The translations under genes were made by a program, and so were the position numbers. This document shows positions 1 through 14,092 of a stretch of 64,000 nt of DNA, in pieces. The stretch's first letter is position 1. Each line of letters opens with the position of its first letter. The notes beneath the pieces are model-generated. The model saw nothing but the letters and a program-made list of their open reading frames with translations. It searched no databases and was not told where the DNA came from. The DNA comes from Eledone cirrhosa. Its lineage: Eukaryota. The DNA is taken from the NCBI GenBank assembly GCA_964016885.1, contig OZ024755.1, forward strand, positions 12,586,001 to 12,650,000. Reading direction: 5' to 3'.

Positions 1-21
1 ACACAATATCACTATATATAT

Positions 22-121
22 ATTATCTCAAGAAAGCGTACCAAAGTCTTTTGGTATCCTTGAAATATATATAAAATAAATATGGTTTTATAAATATAGT
101 TTCCATTTATTTAATATCATT
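22..121 (+). mobile_element. Family W Penelope-like/retrozyme fragment with degenerate hammerhead (core CTCAAGA)
   Basis: Shares GAAATATATATAA..ATAAATATGGTTTTATAAATATAGTTTCCATTTATTTAATATCAT with 51441-51502 and, inverted, with 1970-2026. Confidence 0.6.
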
Positions 122-143
122 GTGTATATATATATAGATAGAT

Positions 144-192
144 AGATCCGCTGTCGAAACGGTGGGAGCTCAGCCGTCGAGTTCCTGACTCT

Positions 193-196
<4 letters not shown>
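144..196 (+). mobile_element. Family X fragment
   Basis: GCTGTCGAAACGG..GAGCTCAGCCGTCG..CCTGACTCTTTT matches 52043-52087; flanked by (GATA)n and (TA)n; strand is relative. Confidence 0.7.
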
Positions 197-223
<27 letters not shown>

Positions 224-287
224 CTATATGTGGTTATTGTCCAATGGAAGGGAAAAGCCGACACAGCTTGACATCAATATTGTCGCA

Positions 288-368
288 ACCAGACTAATAA
301 AACCCGTTGTAAAAATGTGTTATTTAATCTTAACTCTTAACATACAGAAATGATATAGTAAAAATATA
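288..368. repeat. ~80-bp dispersed direct repeat, second copy at ~3903-3982
   Basis: ACCAGACTAATAAAACCCGTTGTAAAAA...CTTAACATACAGAAATGATA.AGTAAAAATAT present at both sites. Confidence 0.8.
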
Positions 369-580
369 CATTATATATACACTATATATATATATACATT
401 ATATATACACTATACATATATATATTATATATACACTATATATATATACATTATATATACACTATACATATATACATTATATATACACTATATATATATA
501 TACATTATATATACACTATATATACATTATATATACACTATATATACATTATATATACAATATATATACATATATACTAT
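365..580. repeat. Compound (TA)n minisatellite with alternating CAT/CAC interruptions
   Basis: Repeating ATATATACATTATATATACACT. Confidence 0.85.
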
Positions 581-614
581 ATGAGATATTGTCCAATTTG
601 TCCCAAATCATTTT

Positions 615-733
615 CTTCCGGCTAAGTGGACAGAAACTGAGACTTGCTCAAGGACACAGTGGACCACCCGTTCTAGAAATCAATATTACAAATTTACGTC
701 CCTGAACCCAACACTCTAACCACTAAGCCACCA
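615..733 (-). mobile_element. Degenerate tRNA-derived CORE-type SINE
   Basis: Minus strand GTGGCTTAGTGGTTAGAGTGTTGG (A-box-like head) and GTGTCCTTGAGCAAGTC (CORE-like). Confidence 0.5.
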
Positions 734-795
734 ACACATATACACACATATTTCTTTTATTTTACTATATTTTTTTAGTATAAATATTGTACTTG

Positions 796-840
<45 letters not shown>

Positions 841-883
841 GAACAATGTGTGTATTTATATGTATACAGTCAATACATACGTA

Positions 884-1190
884 TCTATCTATCTATCTAT
901 CTATCTAGGGCGGGTCAAATTCCCGAGATCCATGGACGAGTTCTCTCCAGCGGCCACTGTCCCTCATCATCGCCGCCAAGTCCTGCGTCTCCCAGAGTCT
1001 AGTGTCAGTCCTTAGGGCATCAATATATGTCAACGTCGGTCTTCCTCTTCCAGTGTGTCCATGTAGGGGTTCCCACAGGAGCACTGCGTGCAGTGTCAAC
1101 TCTGAATGTCGATGAGCATGTTGTCCAGCTAACCTCAGTCTCCACTGTGTCACTTTCGAGCTGACTTTTGGGAGGTTCCCTTACAGCTCT
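884..1190 (-). mobile_element. 5'-truncated RTE-clade LINE 3' end with (TAGA)n tail
   Basis: EL*GNLPKVSSKVTQWRLRLAGQH..RH..VLLWEPLHG..GRGRPTLTYIDAL..DT..AMMRD..RWR is a typical RTE ORF C-terminus; stop at 905 is followed directly by a tandem-repeat tail. Confidence 0.85.
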
Positions 1191-1714
1191 GAGAATATAC
1201 GGAGAATAAATGACTGTTTTAAAACAGATAAATCACGATTTTCGAACTGATATCCTTCCTAGGTTTTACATTACAGTGATAGAAATCTCATCATTGTCAT
1301 ATTGACTGATATTCGATAGTCACATTTTTACATCGAATTAACGAGTACTTACTGTTATTGATTAATCAGTTTTACAAAACATGTGGTCTATTGAATATTG
1401 ATAACAGCCTACTTCTCCTCGTTATTCTAAACTAACTAGTTATATGTATGTAGATATGTATGTAGGTGTGAATATATGCATGTGTGTGTGTGTGTGGGTG
1501 TGTGTATATGTACGTTTGCGTGTTTGTGTGTGTGTGTGTGTTTGTGTGTCTATATATGTACGTTTGCGTGTTTGTGTATGTGTGTGCTTATTTTTGTATG
1601 TACTGTATCTATATATATGCATATTTATCTCTATAAGTGTATATATATATATATATATATATATGCATATTTATCTCTATATGTGTGTGTGTGTGTGTGT
1701 GTGTGCGTGTGCGT

Positions 1715-1746
<32 letters not shown>

Positions 1747-1867
1747 TACACTCTGCTTAGTACTACACCCTGATGTCTACTGGAAACTACGCATTGGGTG
1801 TTCACTCTGGTGAACCTACAGTAACTGGGCGTTACAATCCCTGTGTATATATATATATATATATATA

Positions 1868-2140
1868 GGCAGAAGGGATATTCAATTTGTTGGTAATTCA
1901 ACAAATATAAATGTTTATAACTGATTCAGAGCACTCAACAGTTTTTTCTGGAGTATAATATTCAATGATATTAAACAAATGGAAACTATATTTATAAAAC
2001 CATATTTATTTCGTTATATATATTTCTGGGATATCATATTAAAAATATGGTATGCCTTCCTCAGACAAAATACAATACATAAGCTGTTTTATAAATAATT
2101 TTGACATACCTTATAATAATGCAACTTCCATTTAAAAAGT
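1868..2140 (-). mobile_element. Family W element between (TA)n tracts, hammerhead at 2007-2072
   Basis: Reverse complement aligns along 51350-51590; TATTTTGT-CTGAGGA-stem II-GAAA-TATATA-TA-ACGAAATA. Confidence 0.75.
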
Positions 2141-2198
<58 letters not shown>

Positions 2199-2201
<3 letters not shown>

Positions 2202-2258
2202 AAAAGAGTCGGGACCCCGACGGCTGAGCTCCGGCCGTTTCAACAGCTAGATCCGAAC
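2199..2258 (-). mobile_element. Family X fragment
   Basis: AGGAAAAGAGTCGGGACCCCGACGGCTGAGCTCCGGCCGTTTCAACAGCTAGATCCGAAC is approximately the reverse complement of 52032-52089. Confidence 0.75.
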
Positions 2259-2289
2259 TATATATCTATATATATATGCATGTATGTAA

Positions 2290-2400
2290 AAGGTAAACAG
2301 AAATAACAACACAATCGGTACAGTATATGGATATGGAAGGGATATATTAGGTTAACGCTTGAAATAACTGGAAGAGGGTCTTAACGTAACTTCCTTCATC
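2290..2400 (-). mobile_element. Family V fragment with hammerhead centre deleted
   Basis: TATGGAAGGGATATATTAGGTTAACGCTTG..GGAAGAGGGTCT.AACGT..TCCTTCATC matches 12982-13059. Confidence 0.7.
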
Positions 2401-2730
2401 TATCAATGTATTCAAATGTAGGAACAAAAACATTTTTTAACATGAACATCATACAAACCCGCCCCGACATATTTCGTCTGTGGTGGTTTAATTTAATACA
2501 GCGACTTTTATTCTCTACAAATTGGTGACTCCCGACTCCACACAATTTATTCAACCAATGATGAGATATGAACCAGTAATAAGTAGAAGCATGATTAGAA
2601 CTGGATAGCACCTTTCATGAGATTCGAACCCGTAACAATGAATGAAGCCTTTTTTTTTTTTTTTGTTGCTATAGAGTCTCCGATACTTCATAGTCGTTGT
2701 TTTAGGAGCGGACAGTGCAGTGATTTGCTT

Positions 2731-2920
2731 ATAATTGCTTCTACTTTTGGCACAAGGCCAGCAACAACCCAGTGCATTACTGGTACTTTATTTTATCGAC
2801 CCCGTAAGGATGAAAGGCAAAGTTAACCTCGGCGGGATTTGAACTCATAACGTAAGGGACGTAACTCTATGCTGCAAAGCATGGCGTCCGACTCTCTACC
2901 GATACTGCCTATCCACCACC
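2731..2920 (-). mobile_element. SINE-A, short variant, full length
   Basis: A-box-like GGCAGTATCGG, B box GAGTTCAAATCC, central GCCTTTCATCCTTACGGGGTCGATAAAATAAAGTACCAG; flanking duplication TTGCTTATAATT at 2725-2736 and 2921-2932. Confidence 0.9.
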
Positions 2921-3241
2921 TTGCTTATAATTAAAAGGCAAACACTTCATTCGTGGCGGGAGAATGATACTAACTCGAAAGGCCATATTTGATGTGGTTT
3001 ATTTACATTAATACTCAACTACAATATTTATATTTGCTGAAACCACAAACCCATGCGGACACATAAATAAAAATCTTCATATATTTTTCTTTTTCTATCT
3101 CTTTCCCTCTCTCTCCATCTCTCTCCATCTCACACACATACACACACACACACACACACACAACAATGTGTGTGTTTATATGACCAGTATACACCCCACA
3201 TATATATATATATACGGAGAATAAATATCAAAACAGTGAGC

Positions 3242-3243
<2 letters not shown>

Positions 3244-3284
<41 letters not shown>

Positions 3285-3472
3285 GTATATATATATACAT
3301 ATGTATACACATATGTACATATGTATATACATATGTATATATATATATACATATGTACATATGTATATACATATGTATATATATATATACATATGTACAT
3401 ATGTATGTGTATATATACATATATACATACATATGTATGTATATATATATATATGCATATATATATACATGC

Positions 3473-3503
<31 letters not shown>

Positions 3504-3548
3504 CACATACATATATATATATACATATATATATCTATATACACATTC

Positions 3549-3593
<45 letters not shown>

Positions 3594-3610
3594 CATATAT
3601 ACACACAAAC

Positions 3611-3643
<33 letters not shown>

Positions 3644-3654
3644 CACATACATAT

Positions 3655-3688
<34 letters not shown>
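3244..3688. repeat. (TA)/(CATA)n then (GA)n microsatellite
   Basis: Direct reading. Confidence 0.95.
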
Positions 3689-3690
<2 letters not shown>

Positions 3691-4104
3691 CATCCTTCCA
3701 TATCATATATGAAAGAAATCAAACTTCTAATGCTTTCTACTTTCGTACGTACCATGTATATATATGTTCAATATGAAATATATAATATAGTATAATGTTT
3801 TGCTCTCAGTAGTTGTAAAGCTTCATCAGTGTTTGAAGTTTTTCCTTGGTTATAATTCCTAGGAGAATACTTAAACCACTGTTGCTTGAACCCCAGATGG
3901 AAACCAGACTAATAAAACCCGTTGTAAAAAAATGTTATTTGATCTTAAATCTTAACATACAGAAATGATAGAGTAAAAATATCTAAAAACGGGTTTCTTT
4001 TTAATGTTTATATTATCTTTACTAGTGGAGAGATCCTTGTGAAAATTTGATGCTTTTGAATGAAGATTTTTAGTCTTTAATGAGATGCAATCAATTATGT
4101 CAAA

Positions 4105-4275
4105 AATAATGGCTTCTGATTTAGACACAAGACCAGCAATTTTGATGGAGGGGGACAGTCGATTAAATTGACCCTTGTGCATTACTGGTACTTTATTTCA
4201 TCGACCTCGTAAGGATGAAAGGCAAAGCTAACCTTGGCGGGATTTGAAACTAGAACGTAAAGGAACGTAACTCTA
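4105..4275 (-). mobile_element. SINE-A, long variant, 5'-truncated
   Basis: Aligns to 58510-58730 including the extra GTCGATTAAAT segment. Confidence 0.85.
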
Positions 4276-4435
4276 AACGAATTGTGTATGTATGGCTGTA
4301 AATTGACTCTTACCAACTGTAATGATTTAGGAGAAAATGTCTAAAAACAGGTTTGTTCATTTGAATGTCAGTAGTATCTTTGATGGTGAATGGATCGCTG
4401 CGAAATTTTGAAGTACTATAGTAAAGACTTTAATT

Positions 4436-4506
4436 ATTAATTGTTTCTACTTTTGGCACAAGGCCAGCAATTATCCAGTGCATTACTGGTACTTTATTTT
4501 ATAGAC
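4436..4506 (-). mobile_element. SINE-A 3' fragment
   Basis: ATTGTTTCTACTTTTGGCACAAGGCCAGCAATTATCCAGTGCATTACTGGTAC. Confidence 0.85.
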
Positions 4507-4649
4507 TTTGATTATTAATGCGATGCAATCATAGTGATGTTTTGTACTTTTTAACAATATCTTGCTAATGTGTTTTCATGTTAAGATTTAAACCATGGAA
4601 ATTCATTAACAGAAAACACTCTAAAGATTGAGGGAAAAGTAGATTCTTT

Positions 4650-4737
4650 TATTCTTTTACTTGTTTCAGTCATTGTTGCGGCCATGTTGGAATTCAAACC
4701 GACTAGTAGAGACCTGGTTGATCATTTTATCGACCTC
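4650..4737 (-). mobile_element. Degenerate fragment of a second SINE family; related relic at ~30885-31015
   Basis: TTTTACTTGTTTCAGTCATTG.TGCGGCCATG...TTTTATCGACC resembles a common octopus SINE 3' end (from recall). Confidence 0.4.
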
Positions 4738-5519
4738 ATTATGTATTTTTTTTTCGAGACGTATTTATTTTAAGCTATTTCATTTTATTCAAATGATTTC
4801 TCTCACACATAATAATATAATTACTTCCCCACCCAGTGTTATACAGCGAGAATAATAGAATGAGAAAAATGTTTATACTAAGCTAAGAGTGTATACCCTG
4901 CCATGTGTACAGATTATGTTTTTACCAGAATACTTGAAATTTTAAACTCGGACCTCCACTACTGCTTCTACGGACTCTAGATTAGGAACCGCTACTTCAA
5001 CGTCTCTTCCAATCCACTTCAATTATATCATTAATGTCCTTGAAAACAGCAATGCACATTAGATGAAGCACTTTACCTTATAAATAATTTGTGGCATCTT
5101 GCCTAAGTAGAAAAATAACAACAGTAAAACCCAAAACAAAAAAGCTAAGAACAACAACAAAAAAATCAATAAACTTGTGAGTGGTTTTTTATGATTAAAA
5201 CTTTGTCCTAGACTGTATATGCTTATGGATAAAAACTACGAGTAATCTCTGCCAAATATATACTTTTCTTTGACGGTCCACGGAACGGTATTTGTATGAA
5301 TTATTTATTTATTTATCATTCATTAACAAAAAAGCACAGAAATAATTCTACAAACAAACAATTAAGGCAACAACAAGAACAACAACAACAACAGAAAGTA
5401 ATGTAGTAGATGCTGCACTCTTCTGTTGTGATCGAATCATCACTACCAATATTGGAGTGACCTTCAACCTCACCCCACCCCTTGCAAAATGAATGAAGGT
5501 CACCGTGTGTCAATTACTA

Positions 5520-5851
5520 GAAGGTCACACAATACACCAAGAAGTTATGTGTGGTGTTCAACATTTCGTAGGTAAAGTCACACAACCAACAAAGTTCTTT
5601 ATGGTGATCTGTCACGAATTTCATCGAAAGTTCGATCCCCTCGCTTGGCTCTAGCTGGTTATGTTTCCCGCCAAGCTGAATCTGCAGAGAAACTAACTGC
5701 TTGTCTGGTCACCGAGTAGAAGGTCCAAAGGTAACCATCAGGACTCTGTTAGCAAGGACGAGATGAGAAATTGGGGAGTCTGAAACAAGATCTTTGTGGA
5801 TGCTTCATCTTCGATGGGGAGATAACTCAAGAAGAAGAAGAAGAAGAAGAA
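5520..5851 (+). mobile_element. Decayed RTE LINE 3' end with (GAA)n tail
   Basis: Translates YTKKLCVVFNIS*..SHTTNKVLYGDLSRISSKVRSPRLALAGYVSRQ, homologous to the element at 884-1190; ends in (AAG)n at 5829-5851. Confidence 0.7.
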
Positions 5852-6048
5852 ATAATGATTTCTACTTTACGCACAAGGCCAGTAATTTGAAGAGGAGGGG
5901 AAAGTCGTTTAAATCGACCCCAGGGCATTACTGGTGCTTTATTTTATCGACCCTGTAAGAATGAAAAGCAAAGCTAACCTCAACAGATTTGAACTCAAAA
6001 CGCAAAGGGCCATAACTCTATGCTGCATAGCATGGCGTCCGACCCTCT
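5851..6048 (-). mobile_element. SINE-A, long variant
   Basis: Alignment to other copies. Confidence 0.85.
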
Positions 6049-6145
6049 AGAAGAAGAAGACAATACTACAATGTGAGCCCTCTTTTCCCCAATTATGTGT
6101 CCCTATTCTCCCAGATGAAATAATTTCAACTTACTTTCCTCCTAC

Positions 6146-7178
<1,033 letters not shown>

Positions 7179-9220
7179 CAGGCGCAATAATATGCAACGC
7201 ATTATTTATCCCTAATCGTGTTAAGGAATCTGATCGGGGACTCCTTATATCAACAAACAATACTTGTTTTTCTAAGCAGTGCAGTAGATTCGTAGCATTA
7301 TTGCTCTTGTTGTTGTTGCTATTGTTGTTAACTAGATTTTATTCTCACCGGGATAAAATAACACATCTCTTATATTATCATCACCGTTTGTTGTTTGTAC
7401 AAACATCCAGAATTCCTTGGGAGCTTGTTGCTGTTGTTGCTGTTGCTGTTCAACGTTGGTGTCTAATATAAGAAATCTATAAAACCTTCTGATACCAAAA
7501 TTGTGAGAACTCCCCCACACTACAACCACCACCACTACCAGATTCTATGATTTAAATCTGATTATTTTAAAGTGTTTATATTTATCTAAAATATCTCAAA
7601 AACCTTCCATCTTAATTTTATGTCAGAACATTTCTTAAATTATACTCCACGCACCCGATAAATGACAACATGATTTTATTATATCCCTCTAGTAATACCC
7701 TCTATTCTACTATATAAAATTGTTTATTTTAATCTGAAAACCTTCAAACATAATTTTATCTAAGAACCTTTGTTATGTTATGGTCCAAATGTTGATTATA
7801 TTATTAAATTCTTGGTTATTTACAAAAATGATTTGAAAATAGTAGACGTTTTTTTTCTTAGAAACATGGTAACGAAAGGGGGAAATTATTCCTGGACTCA
7901 ATTTTCTCTTGTAATAAACATGCATCGCACCTTTAAGGAGAAATAGTGTGGTAGGAAGAATGTGAAGGAGGAGGAGGAGAGGGGGAGGGGGATGATAACG
8001 AGGAGGATGAGGAGGAGGAAGAAGGAAGATATTAGATTTATGTAATAGATAACTTTGCATTTTATTCTTTCGAGGTCAATAAATAAAGTATCATTCTATT
8101 CTAAGGGTGTTGGTGGTGGATTGGCGGAATTGTTAACAATTCGAACGGGGTGCTTTGCGGTGTTTGATTCGACACTGTAGGTTATGAGTTCATATCCCAC
8201 ATCCTTCTGCCAAGACTTGCAACTGGTAGATGATATCAAATAGTATCAGCAATGGAAAGACTAATGGGAACGTTGTTTCCCTTGTCCAATCTAACAATCA
8301 GCTCTTTCCTTTTGTTGAAGACACTAATATAAAAATCACTTATGTACGTCGATGTTCTAAAAGACACATAACGTTAGGTTCTTTGGAGGTTGAGAAAAAT
8401 CAGGAAAAGTGATAGCGTCCTCCTTATCATTAGATGATGCAACTTCATGTGGAATAGTATTATTTTAATTTTTTTTAATTTATTTTCCAACGGTCTATGA
8501 TTAAAACTGCACTATTTAAAGCCGCATAAGATGCGGACAACGTTTTGTTTTCCCTCCAAAAATGATTTTAACATTGTCTGGAATTAGATTAATGTTGCAC
8601 AGGCTTCAGGATCTACCTTTGTATTTCAAATATATTCGTTTTTTTTTCTATTATTTGGCGACATGTGTGGCACCTGTACTTAATTATTTATAGTAATCTA
8701 ACTCCCTCCACCATTAAACACATACACACACATACACACATACAGACAATACACATACACACAACACATAACACAGAACACGCAATACACACTGTTCTCA
8801 TTGCTTTCTCTCTCTCTCTCTCTCTCTCTTTGTTATTCGAGGCCCGTCTCTCTCTCTCTCTCTCTATTTGTTATTCCAGGCTCGTCCTTCTCTCTCTCTC
8901 TCTCTCCGTCTATCTCTCTATCTCTGCTCTTCTAGCTATGTTTCTCTCTATTTCTTCTCCCCCCCCCCTCCGCACAGGATCAAACTTTTAATTATTTTGT
9001 TTTTTGTTCAAGAAGTGGCTTGCTTTTCAGGTTACCTTTCTTACACACACGCTCTCATACACACACGCTCTCATACACACACGCTCTCATACACACACGC
9101 CCTCATAGACATACACATACGGACACACGTCTTCATACACACACGTTCTCATACACATACGGACACACCTTCATATACACACACACACATTGAACAATAA
9201 AAAGTCATGTTTCTTCTGCA

Positions 9221-9228
9221 GTAGCAGC

Positions 9229-9270
<42 letters not shown>

Positions 9271-9299
9271 GGTGGTGGTAGTAGAAGTGGTAATGGTAT

Positions 9300-9336
<37 letters not shown>

Positions 9337-9466
9337 GGTGGTGGTGGTAGTAGTAGTGGTAGTAGTAGTAGTAGTGCTGGTGGTGGTGGTAGTAGTAGTG
9401 GTAATGGTAGTAGTAGTAATAGTAGTAGTAGTGGTGGTGGTAATAGTAGTAGTAGTGGTGATGGTG

Positions 9467-9504
<38 letters not shown>

Positions 9505-9525
9505 GGTAGTAGTAGTAGTAGTAGT
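9221..9525. repeat. (AGT)n/(GGT)n trinucleotide array
   Basis: Direct reading. Confidence 0.95.
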
Positions 9526-9658
9526 AGGAGGAGGAGGTGCAGGAGATGCAGTATATGCAACAGTAGTTATACTAGTTGTTATTGTTATTGTGGTTTCCTC
9601 TTTTCTATTCAACCACACACTTATATAAAAATAATACATATGTTGAAATATAATATTT

Positions 9659-9733
<75 letters not shown>

Positions 9734-9872
9734 TATATACATATATATATAATAATATTATTAATATAATAATATAATTTATTATATTACGGCTCTGTCC
9801 TCAGACATTGAGCTAACCTCATACTGCCTGCTGGATAAGTGGAGTGTTATACACCCCTGATCCTTTCCCTAG

Positions 9873-11047
<1,175 letters not shown>

Positions 11048-11049
11048 AT

Positions 11050-11354
11050 CTTGTTTTTCTTGAAAAACAAGACGGCGTAGGACAGAACAAAGGAGAAGCA
11101 CAAAACAAAGAAAATGAGGTCACAGAATGTGTGACGAAAGAACTTTGACATATATGAACAACCGTCCGGTTGTGGAACCAACCAACCGGAAATTTATAAA
11201 TTTTTTAAATTTATAATTTAATTTATAATAAATTGGAGTGAAAGCAACTGGTGCGTGTGTTTCCTGTTGGCAACATGACCCTCCCAAAGTATAACAATAT
11301 CGGTTTCAACACACGCTTTCAGATAAAGAATCTTGCTAAACAAATTCAGAAACG

Positions 11355-11358
<4 letters not shown>
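11050..11358 (+). mobile_element. Family Z element between (TA)n tracts; hammerhead 5' core deleted
   Basis: Aligns with 57671-57926 and 55657-55740; retains GTCACA-gaatg-TGTGAC-GAAAGAACTTTGAC; starts with a small hairpin TCTTGTTTTTC-TT-GAAAAACAAGA. Confidence 0.8.
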
Positions 11359-11392
<34 letters not shown>

Positions 11393-11397
<5 letters not shown>

Positions 11398-11765
11398 TAT
11401 TGAAGTTTGCTTGAAGCATTGTGGAACAATAAGTAAATATTTATAAGTCGTTTGGAAGCCTCGACAATGCAAATGGGTAAATCTCCGGGTAACAAGGTCC
11501 GGTGGTGGAGAGAGAGATATGTAAGTGGGTGTACGTTGAGATGCGTGGTGTGTATACGATGTGTGAGATGTGTAGAATGAAGGGAAGAGTAAAAGGGTAA
11601 AAATAATAATAACAACACAAGAGAGAGAGTTACCTTGGGAGAGATTTAATAGTCTCTATATATTTCGGATTCACATCCATCAACTGGGGTTTTTCCGGTG
11701 TGGGGGAAAGGGTTGTCTGTCGGACAACTCGGAACGCGTCTTTCGCTGTTTGTTGATTTGAATAT
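11393..11765 (-). mobile_element. Probable Penelope-like end fragment(s) with degenerate hammerhead
   Basis: Bounded by (TA)n; minus strand CAGTTGAT-GGAT-gtga-ATCC-GAAA-TATA-TA. Confidence 0.35.
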
Positions 11766-12636
11766 CTATATATATATATATATATGGGTGATTGCTTAAA
11801 ATGTTCGTTGAAGTTTGTCGCATTCCAGCGCTCAATCGTGGCATCTTTATTGTTGTGATTTAGAAGAAAGACTAGAGGTACACATAGCTGTCCTATCACA
11901 CCATGTGCAATCAAAATTAATCTGTTTGATAGTAGAATAGTATCAACTGAGAGGTTTAGTCATCTTTGATTTAATCATTCATAAAGTTCTTTGAAGAAAA
12001 TGACATTTCAGAGATGAATGAACATGAATGGCAGCAGAAGTGTTTTCCGATACTTAGTGCTCAAGAGGTCTGTAAATACTAGGAGCAACACCTCATCTTT
12101 GACCTAGCTACCACCGTCCTGTACGGTCTTAATACACGCATTTGCGCTCTCAGATTCTGCGCTCTACGACATTTCCTTTTTACTCCCTTTAATCGTACCT
12201 ATTTAGGAGCAACAGCTACATTAACAAGAAGAACATCAACAATGGTGAGCAGGTTCTCCGAGATATAAAAGACAGGCCAATGAGAATGTCTTTCTCAAAG
12301 ACATTATTGATATATTAACAGGTTTCTGCGAAGAACTCATTTCCAAAAAATGTACCATGAAGTGGTTTGTGACACGAATAAGATTACTGCATCCTCCATG
12401 TTATAACATTTGAACGGGAACACATGAAAAATGTATTACAAGCTAGAAGGTAACATAAATTTATGATTCGCTCAACGTTTCGTAAATACTAGCCAATTTT
12501 CTACACAATGCAATTAGTTAGCACCCGAACGTTTAATTAGGAATATACTCAGGTATTTCTTAATGTTTGTTGAGTGAGCTGGAATTTGGCCGGAGTATCG
12601 CTTTTAGCTTTCTCCGATTATGTATTTATATATATA

Positions 12637-12720
<84 letters not shown>

Positions 12721-12726
<6 letters not shown>

Positions 12727-12867
12727 TTCTTCAGGACTAGAACGAATGAAACAGTTCTAGTCCTGTAGAAGTCATTTCTATATATGTAATACAGACACCT
12801 ATACTCTACCAACGTATTGAGTACCTTTTTAACTGTGGTTACCCCCGATTGGATCCGGGATAAACTT
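12721..12867 (+). mobile_element. Family Y element with 22-bp terminal fold-back
   Basis: Arms 12722-12743 and 12754-12775; body matches the reverse complement of 42292-42400. Confidence 0.7.
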
Positions 12868-12886
12868 GTGTATATACAAATATATT

Positions 12887-12969
<83 letters not shown>

Positions 12970-12973
<4 letters not shown>

Positions 12974-13075
12974 GGTACAGTATATGGAAGGGATATATTA
13001 GGTTAACGCTTGGTATAGCAGGAAGAGGGTCTCAACGTTTCGGACGCTACTCCTTCATCAGAAGAAAGAATGAGA
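12970..13075 (-). mobile_element. Family V element
   Basis: Related to 2290-2400, 44085-44290 and ~55858-55937. Confidence 0.7.
13030..13065 (-). ncRNA. Minimal type I hammerhead ribozyme motif
   Basis: TCTT-CTGATGA-A-GGA(gtagcg)TCC-GAAA-CG-TT-GAGA; palindromic ACGT stem III. Confidence 0.55.
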
Positions 13076-13504
13076 AATATAATGAGAGAGAGAGAAAGAG
13101 AATGTATATATAAATCACTGGGTAGGGTTTCGCTCGTTACTATCAATTTTAATTTGTAGATCTGCTTCTCTTGAACCCTAAATATATCTCATACATAATC
13201 TGCCCTAGAATATTACTTGGTCCTCTGTACTGACGAATGCCAACCAGATAATATATAAGTTAAAGCTTGAAAAAAAAATGGCGGATATTAAATTAAATCA
13301 ACACAATATAATATTTCAACTTGTACATTTACTGGTTTAGTTTCTTACCACCTATAGATGACAAACCCACCAAATGTCAACATGATCTAAATGAAATGTC
13401 ATACAATGTCTGAAAGTACTGAATCAATATATAGCTCAAATGATTGATCAATAGAAGCAGCAGCTGGTTGAGTCATCAATATTATGTCTCTTGGTTGTTG
13501 GAGG

Positions 13505-13620
13505 AATTTGGACCGTACAGGCTTTAAGTACTGAAAGACAGCTGCAGCTTTATTGAGTTTCTTTTCCACATAAGTTCCTGAGTTGTCATCATTGGAGTGG
13601 ATATTACCCAGTGTGTACAC
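13505..13620 (-). pseudogene. Decayed non-LTR reverse transcriptase fragment, YLG region, RTE-like
   Basis: VYTLGNIHSNDDNSGTYVEKKLNKAAAVFQYLKPV resembles FxYLGSxIxxDG...I..RI.KA...F..L..VW. Confidence 0.55.
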
Positions 13621-13669
13621 AGAGTCTCTATGGAAGATCGTTGTGTTATATGGAGGGGCTACATGTTAC

Positions 13670-13848
13670 AATAACTGTTTCTACTTTTGGCACAAGGTCA
13701 GCAATTACCCAGTACATTACTGGTACTTTATTTTATCGACCCCGTAAGGATGAAAGGCAAAGTTAACCTCGACGGGATTTGAACTCAGATCATAAAGGGA
13801 GGTAACTCTATGCTTCAAAGCAAGGCGTCCGGCCCTCTACCGATACTG
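13670..13848 (-). mobile_element. SINE-A, short variant
   Basis: Alignment to other copies. Confidence 0.9.
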
Positions 13849-14036
13849 GTGGATTGGCAGTATCGGTAGTGGGTCGGACGCCATGCTTTGACGTATAGAG
13901 TTACGGCCCTTGCCATTCTGAGTTCAAATCCCGTCGAGGTTAACTTTGCCTTTCATCCTTACGGGGTCGATTAAATAAAGTACCAGTAATACACTGGGAT
14001 AATTGCTGGCCTTGTGCCAAAAAGTAGAAACAATTA
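13848..14036 (+). mobile_element. SINE-A, short variant, head-to-head with previous copy
   Basis: GGTGGATTGGCAGTATCGG...GAGTTCAAATCC...GTAGAAACAATTAT. Confidence 0.9.
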
Positions 14037-14092
14037 TATAATTACTTTACTGGAGGTCACGCTGTGTGTCAGAATAATCGGCTATGTAAGAG

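Noticed and set aside
12000-12360. Possible decayed mariner transposase C-terminus (SDSALYDISF versus SPDLAPxDF)
   Set aside because: Similarity too weak and no TIRs seen; needs BLASTX
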